A stretch of 61,406 bases of DNA, filler included, from Nemertoderma westbladi (taxonomy: Eukaryota > Animalia > Xenacoelomorpha): assembly GCA_032718475.1 (NCBI GenBank). It is 3 parts of 3 records of this genome, joined end to end, with 100 filler letters (N's around TTAATTAATTAA, not from the genome) between each part and the next. Parts side by side here need not be neighbours in the genome. Positions count along the whole stretch, not along the records: positions 48,803 to 61,406 come from JAUCBJ010000333.1; 2 more parts are not named here. One strand, given 5' to 3'. This document shows, piece by piece, positions 51,691-61,406 of the stretch (positions are counted from its first letter, which is position 1; each line of letters starts with the position of its first letter). Below the pieces are notes generated by a model, which saw only the letters and a program-made list of their open reading frames with translations, was not told the origin of the DNA and made no database searches. A program made the translations under genes and the position numbers.

Positions 51691-53598
51691 TTATTGAACC
51701 AACGTGAAATCATTTAATCTATCCAAAATATTTATTGAATTAAGAAAAGATAAATCAGAATCCACAGCGGGTTTTATAATACGGGGGGATTTACTCTGTT
51801 TCGTTTTAAACGCGAATAAAACGGTGTTTATTTGTTCGGGAATCCGATGGGACCAGACGGTGAAGAACCCCGAGATATCGGCGAGCACGGAGGCTCTCAG
51901 GGCCTCGTTGCGACACACCAAGTTCAGCACAAAGACCCCGTCGTCGGATAGCGAATCCCTGAGGGAGGCGAGAAAGGCCGGGGCCACGAACCCGCTGGGA
52001 GGACAGGACATCCCTAACGCGGCGTCCTTAGAGTCCGCGTCCACGAGAACCACATCGTACGAGTCAGGTCGCCGCCCGGCGATAAACCCAATCCCGTCGG
52101 CCACGTGGATCCGGGCAGTGTCCGAGACCCGGAACCAACGAGTCGCCACATCCACCATCTCGGGATCCCACTCGACGCAATCCAGTCGGACTGCGGGCCG
52201 CTCCGACAGGAAGGAAGCGAGACCGCCGCCCCCCAGTCCGACGAGAAGCACGCGTACCGGACGTCCGGTTACCAACGCGAGCGCAGCACACATAGACCGA
52301 TGGTGTTCGCACGCTAGAAAACCCCGGTCTACATCCAGAATGGGGGACTTCTTCTTCCTCTTCCTTTTAACGAGTTTACTTTCGCTTTGTACGACGTTGG
52401 GATTGTTAAGGAAGATCAACCGACGGAAGGTTTCCTCTTCGAGTTCCACGTCTTCTACAACGTATTCCCCGCTTACATCGGAACGCCCACGATGCAGAAC
52501 GTTCCTGCGGCCCAGGGACTCGCCCACCGATAGGAACGGGGTCCGTGGACCATCGCTAGACAACGCTAACTCCATCACACGACCCGAGAGTTCCGATTGC
52601 ACCGCCGACAACCCGTCGTACTCGTGGGACCGACTCAACGATACGACCACGAGGCGGCGGTAGTCGGCGGACTCCGCGAGTTGCTTCCGGCCCGACGGCG
52701 TAGCGAATAGCCACTCGGGTTCGCGGCCGTGCGGCACGATGAAGACGGCGAAGGGACGCCGCGCGGCCGGCGTGTCGACGACGTGGAGGGAGTAGCGGGG
52801 TAGTGGGGAGTCGATGGAGTGAAGCGTGAGGGATAGTTCGGTTGGGAGAGAGGAACGGAGGCGGTGGAGTAGGATTGAGTACTCCTGAGTCGCAGATATC
52901 GAGTTCCTAAACGAGTCGACTGAGTCGAGACGACGGCAGCTACCGGAGATTGTAAAGGATTCGTAAACCGAGTTGATCGTCGGAGAGAACTTAGTTGCGA
53001 CTATAAGGAAGACTGGTAAAGGAGACTCACTAGATTGCGCGGTAGGGTGGACCCGTATAACCCATCCCGATGTTTGAAAGTTAGATAACATCGCGTGGAT
53101 CACGTGTTCCTGGGCTAACGTGACGCACAAGATGCGTCCACCAAGTCGCAACACTCGGATCATTCCGTCGTAGAGACGGGATAAACTCGACAACGTCGCC
53201 TCCTCCGAGTTCGGTGTCAACGCGTCCGTGGTGCCTTTATCGATAATCACAGAGAAACTCGCCGAATCGAATGACATTGCAGTGGCGTCCATGCACGTAA
53301 AAGTCATATCGGGTCGCGAGATTGAGTTGCGTTGCGCCATCTGTTGGATGACGGTAGAACTTATGTCTATGCTAGCGATGGAATGCATACCGGCGTCGTA
53401 CAGATGTTCGCCAAGTCGCGAGTTTCCGCATCCCACTATCAGCACCCGGTCCGTCGGTTTAATGTATTTGTGTAGCAAGTCGCAAAGATCCGTGTACTCC
53501 CCGTACCACTCAAAAGCCTTCCCGCCGCGCTTACGGAAAAATTCTTCCCAGTATGATTTGCAAGAAAATTCTTCATGGGATTTAGGAAGAAGCTCCAT
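51691..53598 (-). CDS. METTL13: eEF1A lysine and N-terminal methyltransferase (intronless)
   Basis: MELLPKS..EF…YWEEFF…FEWYGEY, VGCGNS, DKGT.DAL, FIVP.GRE.EWLF…GRKQL, FRRLIFL.NPNVVQSE, second MTase motif VGLGGG, DSKD..LGMSCPP. ATG at 53598. Confidence 0.96.
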   Translation of the reverse strand: MELLPKSHEEFSCKSYWEEFFRKRGGKAFEWYGEYTDLCDLLHKYIKPTDRVLIVGCGNSRLGEHLYDAGMHSIASIDISSTVIQQMAQRNSISRPDMTFTCMDATAMSFDSASFSVIIDKGTTDALTPNSEEATLSSLSRLYDGMIRVLRLGGRILCVTLAQEHVIHAMLSNFQTSGWVIRVHPTAQSSESPLPVFLIVATKFSPTINSVYESFTISGSCRRLDSVDSFRNSISATQEYSILLHRLRSSLPTELSLTLHSIDSPLPRYSLHVVDTPAARRPFAVFIVPHGREPEWLFATPSGRKQLAESADYRRLVVVSLSRSHEYDGLSAVQSELSGRVMELALSSDGPRTPFLSVGESLGRRNVLHRGRSDVSGEYVVEDVELEEETFRRLIFLNNPNVVQSESKLVKRKRKKKSPILDVDRGFLACEHHRSMCAALALVTGRPVRVLLVGLGGGGLASFLSERPAVRLDCVEWDPEMVDVATRWFRVSDTARIHVADGIGFIAGRRPDSYDVVLVDADSKDAALGMSCPPSGFVAPAFLASLRDSLSDDGVFVLNLVCRNEALRASVLADISGFFTVWSHRIPEQINTVLFAFKTKQSKSPRIIKPAVDSDLSFLNSINILDRLNDFTLVQ

Positions 53599-54726
53599 CG
53601 TCAATCGGCTTTGTAAAAATATCTATCGTACTGATTACAAGAATAAATGCGACAACGGAACCCTGCCTACATACGACAGTACGATACATATATACCTTGG
53701 ATGATTGACGTATCACAATTACACCCTAAAAAAATATAAAAACATGTTTAAAGTACTGAAGTAAAAACATAAAAATAGCCTATATACCTTATAGCTTCAG
53801 CTACTGCAGTACTGAAAAGTGAAAATATTAGTGACAATGGGATTAGCCTCTTATGAGAGCTTAAGGTCAATGTCAGAAGGTTGTATGTCGGTCGATTCCC
53901 AGAGGATTCCATTAAAGAATAATACTCATGATCTGTACCTAATCACGATAATCGGGATAGTACTATGCTATGGTATGGGGCAATGCCGGGTACTTTAAGC
54001 GGAGGGAGTGAAACTTCAGGTCAAAGCTGGGTTTTGGGAATGACAAGCCACATCTGCTCTGCACAACATACCGGTCCCGGTACACACACACTGACAGCCA
54101 AAATGGGATATCAGCTTATGCGTCATGTTTTGCATAGGCCTATCCAACAACAGAACATCATTGTACTCCCTGGTCCCTGCATAACATTATGGCAGTCAGG
54201 AACCATGAACAAAGAGTCGTAACCGTAAGTAGTATGACGACGATAAAGACGATCCAGGCAGCCAGGACGGCAGGAAGCACAACACAGCCACAGATCAGCA
54301 CCTAACAGAACAGCCTAAGCAAAGTCGCTATCTAGCCTACTTGTTAATGAATAGTGAGTCTCAATCTCTCGAATATATAGGAATTCTGTTCTTAAATGTG
54401 ACCTTCATACGCCGCTCGGTACGACGCCATGTCGCCATACTGCAGTACTAGCAATGAGAAAAGCCAGTATCACTTACTTTGAATTTCCCTCCCCATCATA
54501 TTTATTTAGAAGACTGCTACTAGTGCCATGCAGGGCTACTCATTTAATTTTAATGGCACTTTACTGGCTTTCATCCGCAAATTATTGCAGTTCCAGTTAC
54601 TGTAACAACTGTACAGTAAATAATCTAATCAATTACACTTGGCCTACAATGGCGTAATGGCTATCATCAATGCCAATAGATAATACTCCCAACGTGTTCT
54701 AGAAATTCATTGTCACTAACTTAAAT

Positions 54727-55209
54727 GGTTATTTTGCAGCTTTCCATCATATAGGCCGCAACCCCGCGAAGTGGCTGCGTTAAGAGGATATCACCACAAC
54801 GCTGATAAGTTGAGAAAATGTAAAAAATATTCTTACTATCAACCTTATAGAACAAACCTCAGCAAACCACGAATTACGCCACTAAGCAGAAATCACTAGT
54901 CACCATCGCGAATAATGATGCGTAGAATTTCTAAAGAAGAGGAAGAAGGTTTGCATGTAATGTAAAGGTTAATCAACAGCTTACAGTAACTTCAGTGTCT
55001 CCCGGGCGGAGTATTTAAATCATTAAATATCCAACGAAATAATTTCAATAATAAATTATACTTTACAAATAAATTACCTCCGGAAGAAATATATATTTTT
55101 TGTTACATTATGTCAACTTATCAGCGTTATGGTGAATTACTCGTAACGCTGCAAGAGCTACCACTTTGCAGCAATGCGGCCTATAGGACGGAACGCTGCA
55201 AAGTAATCA
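54727..55209. mobile_element. MITE-like element with long (~100-120 bp) imperfect inverted arms
   Basis: TTTGCAGC…TATAGGCCGCA…AAGTGG…CACCA.AACGCTGATAAGTTGA on the left mirrors TCAACTTATCAGCGTT.TGGTG…CCACTT…TGCGGCCTATA…GCTGCAAA on the right. Confidence 0.65.
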
Positions 55210-55626
55210 ATAACATGGAAAAAACTTAAATTACAATTTTTCAATAAAGTTAAATAAAATTTTCAAAATTTCAATTTATATTAATGCGTGATTCTTTATT
55301 CAATAAAGCAGCACGTGTTTGCATAATGCGTGCGTCCAGTTTGCAGTGACAGTTAAAGACCCTTGTTTATTGATGTAACATAAATAAACTCGGTTCATAA
55401 CGCTGCAAAGTGCTACTTTGCACACAATGATGTAAATAGTTATTTAATTTAATTTCATACAATAACCAATAAGTGGCAAGTGGGTGAGTATAAAACAAAG
55501 AGGTAAAGTCGCGATAGGTCCTAAAGAGCGTTAGGTCCCATTGCTATTTAAAGGAGCAGGTTAGTAAAGGAGCAGGTTACATAGACGTGTTGGGGGAACC
55601 AAAGCAATAAACACAAGTTAACACAT

Positions 55627-56309
55627 GTGTTTTGTACAGGTCTTGAGTCTTTGTTTTGTACAGGTCTTGAGTCTTTGTTTTGTACAGGTCTTGAGTCTTT
55701 GTTTTGTACAGGTCTTGAGTCTTTGTTTCGTACAGGTCTTGAGTCTTTGTTTTGTACAGGTCTTGAGTCTTTGTTTTGTACAGGTCTTGAGTCTTTGTTT
55801 TGTACAGGTCTTGAGTCTTTGTTTTGTACAGGTCTTGAGTCTTTGTTTTGTACAGGTCTTGAGTCTTTGTTTTGTACAGGTCTTGAGTCTTTGTTTTGTA
55901 CAGGTCTTGAGTCTTTGTTTCGTACAGGTCTTGAGTCTTTGTTTTGTACAGGTCTTGAGTCTTTGTTTTGTACAGGTCTTGAGTCTTTGTTTTGTACAGG
56001 TCTTGAGTCTTTGTTTTGTACAGGTCTTGAGTCTTTGTTTTGTACAGGTCTTGAGTCTTTGTTTTGTACAGGTCTTGAGTCTTTGTTTTGTACAGGTCTT
56101 GAGTCTTTGTTTTGTACAGGTCTTGAGTCTTTGTTTTGTACAGGTCTTGAGTCTTTGTTTTGTACAGGTCTTGAGTCTTTGTTTTGTACAGGTCTTGAGT
56201 CTTTGTTTTGTACAGGTCTTGAGTCTTTGTTTTGTACAGGTCTTGAGTCTTTGTTTTGTACAGGTCTTGAGTCTTTGTTTTGTACAGGTCTTGAGTCTTT
56301 GTTTCGTAG
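55627..56309. repeat. 24-bp minisatellite (TGTACAGGTCTTGAGTCTTTGTTT)n, about 28 copies
   Basis: Near-perfect periodicity. Confidence 0.97.
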
Positions 56310-57029
56310 TCACCCAAATGGCAAATACAGTTTATACGACTATATGTGACTGCAATTAAAATTGTCATAAATGTGCGCCATAAGATGTATTATTGTATTG
56401 GAGTATTGCACTTGAAGCTTAACTACCGGTATAATATGAGATAAAGGCATGGGAGGGTGGTGTTACAAATCCCTTTTAACTTTTATTTGGTTATAGTTAT
56501 TGAACAAAAAATATATGTTCAGTAAATAGTTTTTCATTGATTAGTTTCAACAATCGTGTTCTAGAACATTAAAATAAGTATGAAATTATTAAGGGACAAA
56601 CGTAAGCGTTACAATTTATATTGGCAACGGTTACTGGATCAGTAATACTATCGACACCAAGGGAATCTTCGAGAAATGGCTGTGGGGTGGGACGGATACG
56701 TTGAAACGATAACTGATCAAGATTGATCTTCGTGTTACATCCACTCCATGATTTAAAGTCAAAACGTTTGGCTATCTTTCTGGACTTAAACCAAGTAAAG
56801 GCTACACATGGAGCTGAGCTATTTCTTGACTACATTTGCCCTCCCTATTTCACTATACAGCTATATATTTAGGGCCAGCAGCTTCCACAAAGAAATTTAA
56901 GTTTTTTGTCATGGAGAATATTTACAGAGTTTCCGACAATAGACTTTAGCCTCTACAAAGTTTGCTTGAAGAATAACCCGAGCTCTAACTCCGACACAAC
57001 ATAACTTCCCCCCTTTACACCCGATGACG

Positions 57030-57629
57030 TCATTCCATATCCTCCCCATCGTCCTTCCCCAGCAACCCCGCACTATCATCATCCTCCAACAAGGCTTTCA
57101 ACTCGTTCAACGAGTTTACCAACACATGCAGTTGTTTCTTCCTCAACTCGAGTTTCCCATCGAGCAGCTGTTTAGTTTCTGCGTGCTGCGACAACTCCGA
57201 GTCTAGTTGAACCAATTTCGCCGTTGTTTCCTGCCTGTCGGGATGTTTGTCGATACATTTAGCGAGGGAATCGTACTCCTGTCTATTCCTTCGAACTCGC
57301 TTCGCTTGATTCAAATCTTTCTTACACATATCGATTTTCTCGTAAGCTTCGGCTATTTTCCTCTCAATCTCCTTGTATTGTTTATCGTAGTTACGTTGCT
57401 CTCGGACGTTCATCCCGTAAACCGCCAAGAGTTTTTCCGCCGCAAATCGGGATTGCCCCAAAGCGAACTGAATCTTCTGGTACTGGTTCCGCACGTCCTC
57501 CGCTTCTCCGGTATCCGTCGTGCAGAACTTCAAGATATTCCTGAGGAGGTTGTTTATACGACGGTCGTCCCCGGCGCCATCCCCGTCAATTAGTAAACGA
57601 CGTCGCATTATATCGTCATCGGTGGCCAT
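57030..57629 (-). CDS. THOC7: THO complex subunit 7 (intronless)
   Basis: DDDIMRRRLLIDGDGAGDDRRINNLLR, AKRVRRNRQEYDSLA, HPDRQET, KLELRKKQ.HVL. Confidence 0.96.
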   Translation of the reverse strand: MATDDDIMRRRLLIDGDGAGDDRRINNLLRNILKFCTTDTGEAEDVRNQYQKIQFALGQSRFAAEKLLAVYGMNVREQRNYDKQYKEIERKIAEAYEKIDMCKKDLNQAKRVRRNRQEYDSLAKCIDKHPDRQETTAKLVQLDSELSQHAETKQLLDGKLELRKKQLHVLVNSLNELKALLEDDDSAGLLGKDDGEDME

Positions 57630-58364
57630 TATCTGAGCGTTACAGCAGTACAGAGTTTTACAGTTGTGGTACTAAACTGACGCTATCGCAATATTGTACG
57701 TTGGTTAGGATAAAAGGCTTAACCGTCCCGTAGTACTACTTACTTACACTTACAGTACAAACTACTTTTCCATGAGTTTCTGTTGCGGTCCTGTAGAGAG
57801 AGGGCTGTTGCGCTGTCAGTCAGAGAGGTAACAGCCGGTGGGGTAAGGATTTACCTCTGGGACCTGTATTAGGCAAAATGGCAGTAGCTGTGTACAGGTG
57901 TAGGCCCACCAGTACCGTGCACGGTACAAGACCCGAAATTTAGCCTACATCTGTAAATAATACACGGTTTCGCGGTACAAGACCATATAAATTAGACCAC
58001 CATCTGTAAAATGCTCGCGTGAGTTCAGGAGTTGCACAGATGTCAGGATGTGCTGATTCTATATCATGCACTAGGCCTAACGGATTCCTGGATTCTGGTA
58101 GCCTGGAACTAGACCACTACAAAAACTGATGCGACAGAGCGAGGTGCGAGGCTGGTCCGTTAACACTCAACGCATTGTTTGGTTGGACATTGACATTACC
58201 GGTATTGCATTACAGTGTACATTATGCATTATTACATACGGATTAGTATGGATTGCTGGATTGAGAAATTGGATATATTTGGACGTCAATGGATGGATAG
58301 TTTTGGTTTGAGAAACTAATATCACGTAGGCCTACCTAATCATATCTTTGCGTTAATTATTACT

Positions 58365-58700
58365 AGATCCACTGGCCCCCAGCCACCTTCAACAAACCAT
58401 CATTGCCGGGGGGCACTCAGCTGAGGGGGTGGAGCGCATTAAAAACTCTAAGTATCGCGACCTAATGGACCGGGGCCATTTCTTTCACCCCGTGGCCTTT
58501 GAGAGATTGAGACCTTTGACCGCCCTGGTCCAGAGACATCCACCTTCCTCCGGGAGATCGAGGCTCGTCTCCACAGTACCACCTACAAACAGCGGTCACA
58601 CCAGTTTCGGCTCCAGCGCCTGGAGATGGCAATTTTGGTTGGTAATGCCACCTCAGTCATGGGGACAGCAACCACGCCGACCATCAGTCTAGTCGGGGAC
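58365..58700 (+). mobile_element. 3' remnant (REL C-terminus) of a second CRE-like retrotransposon
   Basis: SAEGVERIKNSKYRDL…FHPVAFE, then after a frameshift TFLREI…RLQRLEMAILVGNATSVMGT. Confidence 0.7.
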
Positions 58701-58818
58701 TGAAGAGCCGAAACCAATCGAAACTGTCGAAATGGTTGCCAATGGAGTCACCAACGGGATGACGGCCTAAGATATTCAATATTCAATACTCTATCTTATG
58801 CAATCTCAAATATTCAAT

Positions 58819-59020
58819 GTTCGATCCCTAGATGGGGCAGTACTGTTTGGGCACAGTGCTGCAGCCTAGCCCAACCCCCCCCCCCCCGGCTTTCATCCTT
58901 CAGTGGTCGATTGGGAACCAAGGTAACTTGGGAAAAAGAGTGGAAGTGTTTACTGTGGAAGATCACCCATGGTGGTGAACAGACATTCCTTGGCTTAACG
59001 AGCCTAAACGATTCTCCCAT
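58819..59020 (-). mobile_element. ~200-bp retroposon-like repeat (copy B) with a 13-bp TSD
   Basis: TCAAATATTCAAT at 58806-58818 and 59021-59033; homologous to 46143-46333. Confidence 0.75.
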
Positions 59021-61406
59021 TCAAATATTCAATTCGGTACTGTACCTTCAATTCAATATTCAATCTTAGTATTATTGCTGTGCTTCGTTATTTAATAATG
59101 TGATTAGATAAAAAAATTAATTAATGAAATGTAATTCTTCTGTTAATTATTACAAAAAAAAAATCCGACATTATATTAACATTTATATAGTTTTGAATTA
59201 AATGTTTCGAAATCAACAGTCATTCAATGAATTTATACAGCAGTCATATATCGCGTATCCCTTGGTTTAATCACTATTCTTTATTCAAGTATAACTGAAT
59301 CCTGGCCCGCCGCCTTCACCCTCCACTGATAATTTAAAATCGTAACACATTCAATCTTTGACTAAATTATACCAAACTTGGTAAACATGTAATCTTGTCT
59401 ATCGGCTAAAATAAACACAACTTGCTAAAATTTCCCCTATAGCCTATAATGTTTTTTCCTATAGAACAGGATGCAGTTTTATTTTAGTAGTAAACAAGCT
59501 GTTATTTGCGTCGATTTTCACCTGGAGAGGGAAGAATATTGATTGCCCCCCCCCCCCCCCCTACCGGCAGTTAAGTGAAAATATTTCGGCACCATTTAAT
59601 TTTATTATCACAGTCGCACATCAAGTCGCATACAATTCATTATAAACATAACAAAATTAATTATAATAATTCTAAAAATATAAGGCAGATTTTCCTAAAG
59701 TTAGCTCTTTAGTCTTTAGCAATCTTATGCATTGACAAGACTTATAAAATAATTGATGTTGAATAATTATTATTAAGATTAAAATATATTATTAGGAATT
59801 CGAAGAAAGCAAATTGTATTGAGTTAGTATTGGCAAGTTAATCTCACAAACCAGTCTAGTCTAACTTTAGAGTAGCCTTGTTCGCATTCTTCCAGGTTTA
59901 GGCCTATAGATTCCACCGTCTTCGTTCCAGATTTAATACTGTAATAGACTCCATTATCCGTCTCGATCGCTTCGCTATGCACAGGGATGGTTAAAACCTA
60001 ATTTTTAAAAAAACGAAATTAGGTTTTTTCTTTAATTGAATAAAACCTTATAAAACCTAATAAAACCTAATAAAACCTAAAAAAAAACCTAAATTTTCAT
60101 ACAAAAATTAAGAAATTTTTCGAGAACCAATGACTTAATTGCTGTTTTGAAGGTTGTAACACCCACTAAATCGACCATTGCGGTTTCATTGCGCCTATTC
60201 TCCAGTCTGTGAAGCAATTGCAAGTATGACTTATTAACTTATAATAATCTCACCAAACTATGGCAAAACTATTGTACACGTACAGTACTGCGTACTGCAG
60301 TTAGCCCCAAGACGTTACAGAAGGGTGTTTTTATTCTTTTTATGGGTGTAACTCGAAAAATCAACCCTCATTACCGATTGAATAAAAACTTTCACCCCCG
60401 GGATTACATTTTTTAAAAACATTTTTAAGTGATTATATTTGCAAATTAGCTGAAATACTACAGGAATTTATTAGACTGTTAGATGTATTAAATTACCGCT
60501 ATAGGCCTATGTCATAATTATTATACAATTGAATACCAGTAATGGATTCCAATTCCATATTTATCAGTATTTCCAAACCAACTCCAAAAGTTGAATTTTA
60601 AAAAAAAGTGGAATTTTAAACCCTTCTCCAAAAGTTGAAAAAGATAAAACGTCTGTCCTTATCTGATCTGATCTGATCTGATCTGACAGCATCTGATCCT
60701 ATAACCAATCAGGAGAAAGAAATATAATATTTACCTAACTGTCTGTTAGGTAAATAGCCAATAGCTGAATAGGGGATCACGTTTCACGTTGCCCTGTCTG
60801 CCTGTTAAGTATCAGTATCATCATACTGTCATATGAAGTAGCAGTACACAGGCATACCGGTATGCATCTAAATGTACAAAGGCATGTTATTATATATTAA
60901 AAATGTGATATAAGATGAAGGTTTGTTACGCTATAGGCAGAAAGGGAAGGCAGGAAGGGGTATCTCTCTAGGCCTCCTGTGTAGGCCTAGTGTGTATATG
61001 AAGAAACACTTAACATGCCCCATATTGCCAGCTGATACAGTGGTGTTTACAGTATACCCAGACGATGAAGGAATATCTGAATATGGGAAGGTGGATGGGA
61101 ATGTGGGAATTAATAAACGCTGTTATTAGGCCTACCTTCCAATTGAAGGAAAAGAGCAGGTTACAGCGGCTGTAATTTCTAACCAAAACAATAAACGACG
61201 TTGTTACCTACCAATTGAGGGAAAGGAGCAGGTTACCGAGACAGGCTGACTTTTCTAACCAAAACAATAAACGATTTTGTTACCTAACAATTGAGGGAAA
61301 GGAGAATGTTACCGCGGCTGACTTTTCTAACCAAAACAATAAACAACCAGCGGGCCCTTCCCACATTCCCATCCACCCACCCACCCATGTGGCAATAATA
61401 GGCTGA

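Noticed and set aside
51704-52663. 319-aa plus-strand ORF
   Set aside because: It is the antisense shadow of the GC-rich METTL13 CDS.
58699-58730. CTGAAGA…CGAAAC…GTC as a hammerhead ribozyme core
   Set aside because: Stems I and II do not pair convincingly.

Overview
Eukaryotic (metazoan, probably invertebrate) genomic window that is AT-rich and repeat-dense, with two 100-nt scaffold gaps. All host genes lie on the minus strand: intronless THOC7, METTL13, TRMT5 and TUBD1 (delta-tubulin), one orphan coding exon, and the first two coding exons of a cGMP-dependent protein kinase whose 3' end lies beyond position 1. The rest is mobile DNA and about 13 different minisatellite arrays (roughly a quarter of the window). 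The mobile elements are a decayed BEL/Pao LTR retrotransposon with nested insertions and a deleted RT, three 5'-truncated RTE-like LINE copies with clear TSDs, an LMDD-type LINE whose target site was amplified into a satellite, CR1/L2-like fragments, MITE/SINE-like elements, and a near-complete CRE-clade retrotransposon. The most unusual object is that CRE element: it has about 80 tandem 41/42-bp repeats at its 5' end and a translatable ~210-aa (DPPPG)n proline-rich insert inside the RT palm, between the QGD and YADD motifs. All calls come from reading motifs by eye; no database searches were run.
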